In this document: positions 13,120 to 27,770 of the stretch, piece after piece | How positions within the stretch are numbered: position 1 is the first letter of the stretch | Layout: each line of letters opens with the position of its first letter | Source: Eledone cirrhosa | Lineage: Eukaryota | Reading direction: 5' to 3' | Length of the DNA: 64,000 nt | Assembly: GCA_964016885.1 (NCBI GenBank) | Contig: OZ024745.1 | Span: forward strand, 89,094,001-89,158,000 | Translations under genes and position numbers: made by a program | The notes under the pieces: generated by a model | What the model saw: only the letters and a program-made list of their open reading frames with translations | Databases searched by the model: none | Told to the model about the DNA's origin: nothing

Positions 13120-15550
13120 AGATGTAGTTGCTACATAGATTGTTATAGGCGTAGTTGCTACATAGATTGCCATAGATGTAGTTGATACATAGATTGCCAT
13201 AGATGTAGTTGCTACATAGATTGTTATAGATGTAGTTGCTACATAGATTGTCATAGATGGAGTTGCTACATAGATTGCCATAGATGTAGTTGCTACATAT
13301 ATTGCCATAGATGTAGTTGCTACATATATTGTCATAGATGTAGTTGCTACATAGATTGCCCTAGATGTAGTTGCTACATAGATTGTTATAGATGTAGTTG
13401 CTAAATAGATTGCTATAGATGTAGTTGCTACATAGATTGTTGTAGATGTAGTTTCTACATAGATTGACATAGATGTAGTTGCTACATAGATTGTTATAGA
13501 TGTAGTTGCTACATTGATTGTTATAGATGTAGTTGCTACATAGATTGTTATAGATGTAGTTGCTACATAGATTGTTATAGTTGTAGTTGCTACATAGATT
13601 GCCATAAATGTAGTTGCTACATAGCTTGTTATATATGTAGTTGCTACATATATTGAAATGGACGTAGTTGCTACATAGATTGCTATAGATGTAGTTGCTA
13701 CATAGATTGCCATAGATGTAGTTGCTACATAGATCGTCATAGACGTAGTTGCTACATAGATTGTTATAGATGTAGTTGCTCCATAGATTGCCATTTATGT
13801 AGTTGCTACATAGATTGTTATAAATGTAGTTGCTACATAGATTGCCATAGATGTATTTGCTACATAGATTGTCATAGATGTAGTTGCTACATTGATTGTT
13901 ATAGATGTAGTTGCTACATACATTGTTATAGATGTAGTTGCTACATAGATTGTTATAGATGTAGTTGCTACACAGATCGCCATAGATGTAGTTGCTACAT
14001 AGATTGCTATAGATGTAGTAGCTACATAGATTGCTATAGATGTAGTTGCTACATATATTGCTATAGATGTAGTTGCTACATAGATTGTTATAAATGTAGT
14101 TGCTACATAGATTGTTATAGATGTAGTTGCTACATAGATTGCTATAGATGCATTTGCTACATATATTGCTATAGATGTAGTTGCTACATAGATTGTTATA
14201 GATGTAGTTGCTGCATAGATTGTTATAAATGTAGTTGCTACATAGATTGCTATATATGTAGTTGCTACATATATTGCCATAGATGTAGTTGCTACATAGA
14301 TTGCCATAGATGTAGTTGCTACATAGATTGCCATAGATGTAGTTGCTACATAGATTGTTATAGGCGTAGTTGCTACATAGATTGCCATAGATGTAGTTGA
14401 TACATAGATTGCCATAGATGTAGTTGCTACATAGATTGTTATAGATGTAGTTGCTACATAGATTGTCATAGATGGAGTTGCTACATAGATTGCCATAGAT
14501 GTAGTTGCTACATAGATTGCCATAGATGTAGTTGCTACATATATTGTCATAGATGTAGTTGCTACATAGATTGCCCTAGATGTAGTTGCTACATAGATTG
14601 TTATAGATGTAGTTGCTAAATAGATTGCTATAGATGTAGTTGCTACATAGATTGTTGTAGATGTAGTTGCTACATAGATTGACATAGATGTAGTTGCTAC
14701 ATAGATTGTTATAGATGTAGTTGCTACATTGATTGTTATAGATGTAGTTGCTACATAGATTGTTATAGATGTAGTTGCTACATAGATTGCCATAGATGTA
14801 GTTGCTACATAGATTGCCATAAATGTAGTTGCTACATAGCTTGTTATATATGTAGTTGCTACATATATTGAAATGGACGTAGTTGCTACATAGATTGATA
14901 TAGATGTAGTTGGTACATAGATTGCCATAGATGTAGTTGCTACATAGATCGTCATAGACGTAGTTGCTACATAGATTGTTATAGATGTAGTTGCTCCATA
15001 GATTGCCATTTATGTAGTTGCTACATAGATTGTTATAAATGTAGTTGCTACATAGATTGCCATAGATGTATTTGCTACATAGATTGCCATAGATATAGTT
15101 GCTACATTGATTGTTATAGATGTAGTTGCTACATACATTGTTATAGATGTAGTTGCTACATAGATTGTTATAGATGTAGTTGCTACACAGATCGCCATAG
15201 ATGTAGTTGCTACATAGATTGCTATAGATGTAGTAGCTACATAGATTGCTATAGATGTAGTTGCTACATATATTGCTATAGATGTAGTTGCTACATAGAT
15301 TGTTATAAATGTAGTTGCTACATAGATTGTTATAGATGTAGTTGCTACATAGATTGCTATAGATGTATTTGCTACATATATTGCTATAGATGTAGTTGCT
15401 ACATAGATTGTTATAGATGTAGTTGCTACATAGATTGTTATAAATGTAGTTGCTACATAGATTGCTATATATGTAGTTGCTACATATATTGCCATAGATG
15501 TAGTTGCTACATAGATTGCCATAGATGTAGTTGCTACATAGATTGCCATA
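13120..15550. repeat. Higher-order tandem duplication, period 1215 bp (45 monomers); boundaries approximate
   Basis: TAGGCGTAG at 13146 and 14361; GCCCTAG and GTTGTAG repeat at the same offset; marker sites 13795/15010. Confidence 0.88.
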
Positions 15551-15576
15551 GATGTAGTTGCTACATAGATCGCCAT

Positions 15577-18500
15577 TTATGTAGTTGCTACATAGATTGT
15601 TATAGATGTAGTTGCTACATAGATTGCCATAGATGTAGTTGCTACATAGATTGCCATAGATGTAGTTGCTACATTGATTGTTATAGATGTAGTTGCTACA
15701 TATATTGTTATAGATGTAGTTGCTACATAGATTGTTATAGATGTAGTTGCTACATAGATTGCTATAGATGTAGTTGCTGCATAGATTGCTATAGATGTAG
15801 TTGCTACATAGATTGCTATAATGTAGTTGCTACATAGATTGCTATATAAGTAATTGCTACAATGATTGCTATAGGTGTAGTTGCTACATAGATTGTTATA
15901 GATGTAGTTGCTACATAGATTGCTATAGATGTATTTGCTACATAGATAGTTATAGATGTAGTTGCGACATAGATTGTTATAGATGTAGTTGCTGTATAGA
16001 TTGCTATAGTTCTATTTGCTACATAGATTGTTATAGATGTAGTTGGTACAGAGATTATTATAGATGTAGTTGCTACATAGATTGTTATAGATGTAGTTGC
16101 TACATAGATTGTTATAGATGTAGTTGCTAGATAGATTGCTATATAAGTAGTTGCTACATATATTGTTATAGATGTAGTTGCTACATAGATTGCCATAGAT
16201 GGAGTTGGTACATAGATTGCCATAGATGTAGTTGCTACATAGATTGCCATAGATGTAGTTGCTACATAGATTGCCATAGATGTAGTTGCTACATAGATTG
16301 CTATATATGTAGTTGCTACATAGATTGACATAGATGTAGTTGCTACATAGATTGTTATAGATGTAGTTGCTACATAGATTGTTATAGATGTAGTTACTAC
16401 ATAGATTGCCATAGATGTAGTTGCTACATAGATTGTTACAGATGTAGTTGCTACATTGATTGTTATAGATGTAGTTGCTACATAGATTGTTTTAGATGTA
16501 GTTACTACATAGATTGTTATAGATGTAGTTGCTACATAGATTGCCATAGATGTAGTTGCTACATAGATTGTTATAGATGTAGTTGCTACATATATTGAAA
16601 TGGACGTAGTTGCTACATAGATTGTTATAGATGTAGTTGCTACATAGATTGCCATAGATGTAGTTGCTACATAGATTGATATATATGTAGTTGCTATATG
16701 GATTGCTATAGATGTAGTTGCTACATAGATTGTTATAGATGTAGTTGCTACATAGATTGCTATAGATGTAGTTGCTACATAGATTGCCATAGATGTAGTT
16801 GCTACATAGATCGTCATAGACGTAGTTGCTACATAGATTGTTATAGATGTAGTTGCTACATAGATTGCCATTTATGTAGTTGCTACATAGATTGTTATAA
16901 ATGTAGTTGCTACATAGATTGCCATAGATGTATTTGCTACATAGATTGGCATAGATGTAGTTGCTACATTGATTGTTATAGATGTAGTTGCTACATAGCT
17001 TCTTATATATGTAGTTGCTACACAGATCGCCATAGACGTAGTTGCTACAAAGATTGCTATAGATGTAGTAGCTACATAGATTGCTATAGATGTAGTTGCT
17101 ACATATATTGCTATAGATGTAGTTGCTCCATAGATTGTTATAGATGTAGTTGCTACATATATTACTATAGATGTATTTGCTACATAGATTGTTATAGATG
17201 TATTTTCTACATAGATTGTTAGAGATGTAGTTGCTACATAGATTGCCATAGATGTAGTTGATACATAGATTGCCATAGATGTAGTTGCTACATAGATTGT
17301 TATAGATGTAGTTGCTACATAGATTGCCATAGATGGAGTTGCTACATAGATTGCCATAGATGTAGTTGCAACATAGATTGCCATAGATGTAGTTGCTACA
17401 TATATTGTCATATATGTAGTTGCTACATAGATTGCCATAGATGTAGTTGCTACATAGATTGTTATAGATGTAGTTGCTAAATAGATTGCTATAGATGTAG
17501 TTGCTACATAGATTGTTATAGATGTAGTTGCTACATAGATTGCCATAGATGTAGTTGCTACATAGATTGTTATAGATGTAGTTGCTACATTGATTGTTAT
17601 AGATGTAGTTGCTACATAGATTGTTATAGATGTAGTTGCTACATAGATTGTTATAGTTGTAGTTGCTACATAGATTGCCATAGATGTAGTTGCTACATAG
17701 ATTGTTATATATGTAGTTGCTACATATATTGAAATGGACGTAGTTGCTACATAGATTGCTATAGATGTAGTTGCTACATAGATTGCTATAGATGTAGTTG
17801 CTATATAGATCGTCATAGACGTAGTTGCTACATAGATTGTTATTGATGTAGTTGCTACATAGATTGCCATTTATGTAGTTGCTACATAGATTGTTATAAA
17901 TGTAGTTGCTACATAGATTGCCATAGATATAGTTGCTACATAGATTGCCATAGATGTAGTTGCTACATTGATTGTTATAGATGTAGTTGCTACATATATT
18001 GTTATAGATGTAGTTGCTACATAGATTGTTATAGATGTAGTTGCTACATAGATTGCTATAGATGTAGTTGCTGCATAGATTGCTATAGATGTAGTTGCTA
18101 CATAGATTGCTATAATGTAGTTGCTACATAGATTGCTATATAAGTAATTGCTACAATGATTGCTATAGGTGTAGTTGCTACATAGATTGTTATAGATGTA
18201 GTTGCTACATAGATTGCTATAGATGTATTTGCTACATAGATAGTTATAGATGTAGTTGCGACATAGATTGTTATAGATGTAGTTGCTGTATAGATTGCTA
18301 TAGTTCTATTTGCTACATAGATTGTTATAGATGTAGTTGGTACAGAGATTATTATAGATGTAGTTGCTACATAGATTGTTATAGATGTAGTTGCTACATA
18401 GATTGTTATAGATGTAGTTGCTAGATAGATTGCTATATAAGTAGTTGCTACATATATTGTTATAGATGTAGTTGCTACATAGATTGCCATAGATGGAGTT

Positions 18501-20164
18501 GGTACATAGATTGCCATAGATGTAGTTGCTACATAGATTGCCATAGATGTAGTTGCTACATAGATTGCCATAGATGTAGTTGCTACATAGATTGCTATAT
18601 ATGTAGTTGCTACATAGATTGACATAGATGTAGTTGCTACATAGATTGTTATAGATGTAGTTGCTACATAGATTGTTATAGATGTAGTTGCTACATAGAT
18701 TGCCATAGATGTAGTTGCTACATAGATTGTTACAGATGTAGTTGCTACATTGATTGTTATAGATGTAGTTGCTACATAGATTGTTTTAGATGTAGTTGCT
18801 ACATAGATTGTTATAGATGTAGTTGCTACATAGATTGCCATAGATGTAGTTGCTACATAGATTGTTATAGATGTAGTTGCTACATATATTGAAATGGACG
18901 TAGTTGCTACATAGATTGTTATAGATGTAGTTGCTACATAGATTGCCATAGATGTAGTTGCTACATAGATTGATATATATGTAGTTGCTATATGGATTGC
19001 TATAGATGTAGTTGCTACATAGATTGTTATAGATGTAGTTGCTACATAGATTGCTATAGATGTAGTTGCTACATAGATTGCCATAGATGTAGTTGCTACA
19101 TAGATCGTCATAGACGTAGTTGCTACATAGATTGTTATAGATGTAGTTGCTACATAGATTGCCATTTATGTAGTTGCTACATAGATTGTTATAAATGTAG
19201 TTGCTACATAGATTGCCATAGATGTATTTGCTACATAGATTGGCATAGATGTAGTTGCTACATTGATTGTTATAGATGTAGTTGCTACATAGCTTCTTAT
19301 ATATGTAGTTGCTACACAGATCGCCATAGACGTAGTTGCTACAAAGATTGCTATAGATGTAGTAGCTACATAGATTGCTATAGATGTAGTTGCTACATAT
19401 ATTGCTATAGATGTAGTTGCTCCATAGATTGTTATAGATGTAGTTGCTACATAGATTACTATAGATGTATTTGCTACATAGATTGTTATAGATGTATTTT
19501 CTACATAGATTGTTAGAGATGTAGTTGCTACATAGATTGCCATAGATGTAGTTGATACATAGATTGCCATAGATGTAGTTGCTACATAGATTGTTATAGA
19601 TGTAGTTGCTACATAGATTGCCATAGATGGAGTTGCTACATAGATTGCCATAGATGTAGTTGCAACATAGATTGCCATAGATGTAGTTGCTACATATATT
19701 GTCATATATGTAGTTGCTACATAGATTGCCATAGATGTAGTTGCTACATAGATTGTTATAGATGTAGTTGCTAAATAGATTGCTATAGATGTAGTTGCTA
19801 CATAGATTGTTATAGATGTAGTTGCTACATAGATTGCCATAGATGTAGTTGCTACATAGATTGTTATAGATGTAGTTGCTACATTGATTGTTATAGATGT
19901 AGTTGCTACATAGATTGTTATAGATGTAGTTGCTACATAGATTGTTATAGTTGTAGTTGCTACATAGATTGCCATAGATGTAGTTGCTACATAGATTGTT
20001 ATATATGTAGTTGCTACATATATTGAAATGGACGTAGTTGCTACATAGATTGCTATAGATGTAGTTGCTACATAGATTGCTATAGATGTAGTTGCTACAT
20101 AGATCGTCATAGACGTAGTTGCTACATAGATTGTTATTGATGTAGTTGCTACATAGATTGCCAT
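15577..20164. repeat. Higher-order tandem duplication, period 2294 bp (85 monomers minus 1 bp)
   Basis: Marker offsets 15577/17871, 15816/18110, 16872/19166 and 17871/20165. Shared variants include TAGTTCTATT, GAGATTATTA and GGAGTTGGTAC. Confidence 0.92.
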
Positions 20165-23100
20165 TTATGTAGTTGCTACATAGATTGTTATAAATGTAGT
20201 TGCTACATAGATTGCCATAGATATAGTTGCTACATTGATTGTTATAGATGTAGTTGCTACATACATTGTTATAGATGTAGTTGCTACATAGATTGTTATA
20301 GATGTAGTTGCTACACAGATCGCCATAGATGTAGTTGCTACATAGATTGCTATAGATGTAGTAGCTACATAGATTGCTATAGATGTAGTTGCTACATATA
20401 TTGCTATAGATGTAGTTGCTACATAGATTGTTATAGATGTAGTTGCTACATAGATTGCTATATATGTATTTGCTACATAGATTGTTATAGATGTAGTTGC
20501 TACATAGATTGTTATAGATGTAGTTGCTACATAGTTTGCTATAGATGTATTTGCTACATAGATTGTTATAGATGTAGTTGCTACATAGATTGTTATAGAT
20601 GTAGTTGCTACATAGATTGCTATAGATGTATTTGCTACATATATTGCTATAGATGTAGTTGCTACATAGATTGTTATAGATGTAGTTGCTACATAGATTG
20701 TTATAAATGTAGTTGCTACATAGATTGCTATATAAGTAGTTGCTACATATATTGCCATAGATGTAGTTGCTACATAGATTGCCATAGACGTAGTTGCTAC
20801 ATAGATTGCTATAGATGTAGTTGCTACACAGATTGCCATTTATGTAGTTGCTACATAGATTGTTATAGATGTAGTTGCTACATAGATTGCCATAGATGTA
20901 GTTGCTACATAGATTGCCATAGATGTAGTTGCTACATTGATTGTTATAGATGTAGTTGCTACATATATTGTTATAGATGTAGTTGCTACATAGATTGTTA
21001 TAGATGTAGTTGCTACATAGATTGCTATAGATGTAGTTGCTGCATAGATTGCTATAGATGTAGTTGCTACATAGATTGTTATAGATGTAGTTGCTAGATA
21101 GATTGCTATATAAGTAGTTGCTACATATATTGTTATAGATGTAGTTGCTACATAGATTGCCATATATGGAGTTGCTACATAGATTGCCATAGATGTAGTT
21201 GCTACATAGATTGCCATAGATGTAGTTGCTACATAGATTGCTATATATGTAGTTGCTACATATATTGCCATAGATGTAGTTGCTACATAGATTGCTATAT
21301 ATGTAGTTGCTACATAGATTGCCATAGATGTAGTTACTACATAGATTGTTATAGATGTAGTTGCTACATAGATTGTTATAGATGTAGTTGCTACATAGAT
21401 TGCCATAGATGTAGTTGCTACATAGATTGTTATAGATGTAGTTGCTACATTGATTGTTATAGATGTAGTTGCTACATAGATTGCCATTTATGTAGTTGCT
21501 ACATAGATTGTTATAAATGTAGTTGCTACATAGATTGCCATAGATATAGTTGCTACATTGATTGTTATAGATGTAGTTGCTACATACATTGTTATAGATG
21601 TAGTTGCTACATAGATTGTTATAGATGTAGTTGCTACACAGATCGCCATAGATGTAGTTGCTACATAGATTGCTATAGATGTAGTAGCTACATAGATTGC
21701 TATAGATGTAGTTGCTACATATATTGCTATAGATGTAGTTGCTACATAGATTGTTATAGATGTAGTTGCTACATAGATTGCTATATATGTATTTGCTACA
21801 TAGATTGTTATAGATGTAGTTGCTACATAGATTGTTATAGATGTAGTTGCTACATAGATTGCCATTGATGGAGTTGCTACGTAGATTACCATAGATGTAG
21901 TTGCTACATAGATTGCCATAGATGTAGTTGCTACATAGATTGCCATAGATGTAGTTGCTACATAGATTGTTATATATGTAGTTGCTAAATAGATTGCTAT
22001 AAATGTAGTTGCTACATAGATTGTTATAGATGTAGTTGCTACATAGATTGCTATATAAGTAGTTGCTACATATATTGCCATAGATGTAGTTGCTACATAG
22101 ATTGCCATAGACGTAGTTGCTACATAGATTGCTATAGATGTAGTTGCTACACAGATTGCCATTTATGTAGTTGCTACATAGATTGTTATAGATGTAGTTG
22201 CTACATAGATTGCCATAGATGTAGTTGCTACATAGATTGCCATAGATGTAGTTGCTACATTGATTGTTATAGATGTAGTTGCTACATATATTGTTATAGA
22301 TGTAGTTGCTACATAGATTGTTATAGATGTAGTTGCTACATAGATTGCTATAGATGTAGTTGCTGCATAGATTGCTATAGATGTAGTTGCTACATAGATT
22401 GTTATAGATGTAGTTGCTAGATAGATTGCTATATAAGTAGTTGCTACATATATTGTTATAGATGTAGTTGCTACATAGATTGCCATATATGGAGTTGCTA
22501 CATAGATTGCCATAGATGTAGTTGCTACATAGATTGCCATAGATGTAGTTGCTACATAGATTGCTATATATGTAGTTGCTACATATATTGCCATAGATGT
22601 AGTTGCTACATAGATTGCTATATATGTAGTTGCTACATAGATTGCCATAGATGTAGTTACTACATAGATTGTTATAGATGTAGTTGCTACATAGATTGTT
22701 ATAGATGTAGTTGCTACATAGATTGCCATAGATGTAGTTGCTACATAGATTGTTATAGATGTAGTTGCTACATTGATTGTTATAGATGTAGTTGCTACAT
22801 AGATTGCCATTTATGTAGTTGCTACATAGATTGTTATAAATGTAGTTGCTACATAGATTGCCATAGATATAGTTGCTACATTGATTGTTATAGATGTAGT
22901 TGCTACATACATTGTTATAGATGTAGTTGCTACATAGATTGTTATAGATGTAGTTGCTACACAGATCGCCATAGATGTAGTTGCTACATAGATTGCTATA
23001 GATGTAGTAGCTACATAGATTGCTATAGATGTAGTTGCTACATATATTGCTATAGATGTAGTTGCTACATAGATTGTTATAGATGTAGTTGCTACATAGA

Positions 23101-26100
23101 TTGCTATATATGTATTTGCTACATAGATTGTTATAGATGTAGTTGCTACATAGATTGTTATAGATGTAGTTGCTACATAGATTGCCATTGATGGAGTTGC
23201 TACGTAGATTACCATAGATGTAGTTGCTACATAGATTGCCATAGATGTAGTTGCTACATAGATTGCCATAGATGTAGTTGCTACATAGATTGTTATATAT
23301 GTAGTTGCTAAATAGATTGCTATAAATGTAGTTGCTACATAGATTGTTATAGATGTAGTTGCTACATAGATTGCTATAGATGTATTTGCTACATATATTG
23401 CTATAGATGTAGTTGCTACATAGATTGTTATAGATGTAGTTGCTACATAGATTGTTATAAATGTAGTTGCTACATAGATTGCTATATATGTAGTTGCTAC
23501 ATATATTGCCATAGATGTAGTTGCTACATAGATTGCCATAGATGTAGTTGCTACATAGATTGCCATAGATGTAGTTGCTACATAGATCGCCATTTATGTA
23601 GTTGCTACATAGATTGTTATAGATGTAGTTGCTACATAGATTGCCATAGATGTAGTTGCTACATAGATTGCCATAGATGTAGTTGCTACATTGATTGTTA
23701 TAGATGTAGTTGCTACATATATTGTTATAGATGTAGTTGCTACATAGATTGTTATAGATGTAGTTGCTACATAGATTGCTATAGATGTAGTTGCTGCATA
23801 GATTGCTATAGATGTAGTTGCTACATAGATTGCTATAATGTAGTTGCTACATAGATTGCTATATAAGTAATTGCTACAATGATTGCTATAGGTGTAGTTG
23901 CTACATAGATTGTTATAGATGTAGTTGCTACATAGATTGCTATAGATGTATTTGCTACATAGATAGTTATAGATGTAGTTGCGACATAGATTGTTATAGA
24001 TGTAGTTGCTGTATAGATTGCTATAGTTCTATTTGCTACATAGATTGTTATAGATGTAGTTGGTACAGAGATTATTATAGATGTAGTTGCTACATAGATT
24101 GTTATAGATGTAGTTGCTACATAGATTGTTATAGATGTAGTTGCTAGATAGATTGCTATATAAGTAGTTGCTACATATATTGTTATAGATGTAGTTGCTA
24201 CATAGATTGCCATAGATGGAGTTGGTACATAGATTGCCATAGATGTAGTTGCTACATAGATTGCCATAGATGTAGTTGCTACATAGATTGCCATAGATGT
24301 AGTTGCTACATAGATTGCTATATATGTAGTTGCTACATAGATTGACATAGATGTAGTTGCTACATAGATTGTTATAGATGTAGTTGCTACATAGATTGTT
24401 ATAGATGTAGTTGCTACATAGATTGCCATAGATGTAGTTGCTACATAGATTGTTACAGATGTAGTTGCTACATTGATTGTTATAGATGTAGTTGCTACAT
24501 AGATTGTTTTAGATGTAGTTGCTACATAGATTGTTATAGATGTAGTTGCTACATAGATTGCCATAGATGTAGTTGCTACATAGATTGTTATAGATGTAGT
24601 TGCTACATATATTGAAATGGACGTAGTTGCTACATAGATTGTTATAGATGTAGTTGCTACATAGATTGCCATAGATGTAGTTGCTACATAGATTGATATA
24701 TATGTAGTTGCTATATGGATTGCTATAGATGTAGTTGCTACATAGATTGTTATAGATGTAGTTGCTACATAGATTGCTATAGATGTAGTTGCTACATAGA
24801 TTGCCATAGATGTAGTTGCTACATAGATCGTCATAGACGTAATTGCTACATAGATTGTTATAGATGTAGTTGCTACATAGATTGCCATTTATGTAGTTGC
24901 TACATAGATTGTTATAAATGTAGTTGCTACATAGATTGCCATAGATGTATTTGCTACATAGATTGGCATAGATGTAGTTGCTACATTGATTGTTATAGAT
25001 GTAGTTGCTACATAGCTTCTTATATATGTAGTTGCTACACAGATCGCCATAGACGTAGTTGCTACAAAGATTGCTATAGATGTAGTAGCTACATAGATTG
25101 CTATAGATGTAGTTGCTACATATATTGCTATAGATGTAGTTGCTCCATAGATTGTTATAGATGTAGTTGCTACATAGATTACTATAGATGTATTTGCTAC
25201 ATAGATTGTTATAGATGTATTTTCTACATAGATTGTTAGAGATGTAGTTGCTACATAGATTGCCATAGATGTAGTTGATACATAGATTGCCATAGATGTA
25301 GTTGCTACATAGATTGTTATAGATGTAGTTGCTACATAGATTGCCATAGATGGAGTTGCTACATAGATTGCCATAGATGTAGTTGCAACATAGATTGCCA
25401 TAGATGTAGTTGCTACATATATTGTCATATATGTAGTTGCTACATAGATTGCCATAGATGTAGTTGCTACATAGATTGTTATAGATGTAGTTGCTAAATA
25501 GATTGCTATAGATGTAGTTGCTACATAGATTGTTATAGATGTAGTTGCTACATAGATTGCCATAGATGTAGTTGCTACATAGATTGTTATAGATGTAGTT
25601 GCTACATTGATTGTTATAGATGTAGTTGCTACATAGATTGTTATAGATGTAGTTGCTACATAGATTGTTATAGTTGTAGTTGCTACATAGATTGCCATAG
25701 ATGTAGTTGCTACATAGATTGTTATATATGTAGTTGCTACATATATTGAAATGGACGTAGTTGCTACATAGATTGCTATAGATGTAGTTGCTACATAGAT
25801 TGCTATAGATGTAGTTGCTACATAGATCGTCATAGACGTAGTTGCTACATAGATTGTTATTGATGTAGTTGCTACATAGATTGCCATTTATGTAGTTGCT
25901 ACATAGATTGTTATAAATGTAGTTGCTACATAGATTGCCATAGATATAGTTGCTACATTGATTGTTATAGATGTAGTTGCTACATACATTGTTATAGATG
26001 TAGTTGCTACATAGATTGTTATAGATGTAGTTGCTACACAGATCGCCATAGATGTAGTTGCTACATAGATTGCTATAGATGTAGTAGCTACATAGATTGC

Positions 26101-27770
26101 TATAGATGTAGTTGCTACATATATTGCTATAGATGTAGTTGCTACATAGATTGTTATAGATGTAGTTGCTACATAGATTGCTATATATGTATTTGCTACA
26201 TAGATTGTTATAGATGTAGTTGCTACATAGATTGTTATAGATGTAGTTGCTACATAGTTTGCTATAGATGTATTTGCTACATAGATTGTTATAGATGTAG
26301 TTGCTACATAGATTGTTATAGATGTAGTTGCTACATAGATTGCTATAGATGTATTTGCTACATATATTGCTATAGATGTAGTTGCTACATAGATTGTTAT
26401 AGATGTAGTTGCTACATAGATTGTTATAAATGTAGTTGCTACATAGATTGCTATATAAGTAGTTGCTACATATATTGCCATAGATGTAGTTGCTACATAG
26501 ATTGCCATAGACGTAGTTGCTACATAGATTGCTATAGATGTAGTTGCTACACAGATTGCCATTTATGTAGTTGCTACATAGATTGTTATAGATGTAGTTG
26601 CTACATAGATTGCCATAGATGTAGTTGCTACATAGATTGCCATAGATGTAGTTGCTACATTGATTGTTATAGATGTAGTTGCTACATATACTGTTATAGA
26701 TGTAGTTGCTACATAGATTGTTATAGATGTAGTTGCTACATAGATTGCTATAGATGTAGTTGCTGCATAGATTGCTATAGATGTAGTTGCTACATAGATT
26801 GTTATAGATGTAGTTGCTAGATAGATTGCTATATAAGTAGTTGCTACATATATTGTTATAGATGTAGTTGCTACATAGATTGCCATATATGGAGTTGCTA
26901 CATAGATTGCCATAGATGTAGTTGCTACATAGATTGCCATAGATGTAGTTGCTACATAGATTGCTATATATGTAGTTGCTACATATATTGCCATAGATGT
27001 AGTTGCTACATAGATTGCTATATATGTAGTTGCTACATAGATTGCCATAGATGTAGTTACTACATAGATTGTTATAGATGTAGTTGCTACATAGATTGTT
27101 ATAGATGTAGTTGCTACATAGATTGCCATAGATGTAGTTGCTACATAGATTGTTATAGATGTAGTTGCTACATTGATTGTTATAGATGTAGTTGCTACAT
27201 AGATTGCCATTTATGTAGTTGCTACATAGATTGTTATAAATGTAGTTGCTACATAGATTGCCATAGATATAGTTGCTACATTGATTGTTATAGATGTAGT
27301 TGCTACATACATTGTTATAGATGTAGTTGCTACATAGATTGTTATAGATGTAGTTGCTACACAGATCGCCATAGATGTAGTTGCTACATAGATTGCTATA
27401 GATGTAGTAGCTACATAGATTGCTATAGATGTAGTTGCTACATATATTGCTATAGATGTAGTTGCTACATAGATTGTTATAGATGTAGTTGCTACATAGA
27501 TTGCTATATATGTATTTGCTACATAGATTGTTATAGATGTAGTTGCTACATAGATTGTTATAGATGTAGTTGCTACATAGATTGCCATTGATGGAGTTGC
27601 TACGTAGATTACCATAGATGTAGTTGCTACATAGATTGCCATAGATGTAGTTGCTACATAGATTGCCATAGATGTAGTTGCTACATAGATTGTTATATAT
27701 GTAGTTGCTAAATAGATTGCTATAAATGTAGTTGCTACATAGATTGTTATAGATGTAGTTGCTACATAGA
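17871..27770. repeat. About 4.2-kb block (17871 to ~22050) repeated at offset 5723 bp (212 monomers minus 1 bp)
   Basis: Marker offsets 18110/23833, 19166/24889, 20165/25888, 20840/26563 and 21488/27211. Confidence 0.9.
20710..23375. repeat. Higher-order tandem duplication, period 1323 bp (49 monomers)
   Basis: Marker offsets 20840/22163 and 21488/22811; the 215-aa ORF translations at 20840 and 22163 are identical. Confidence 0.88.
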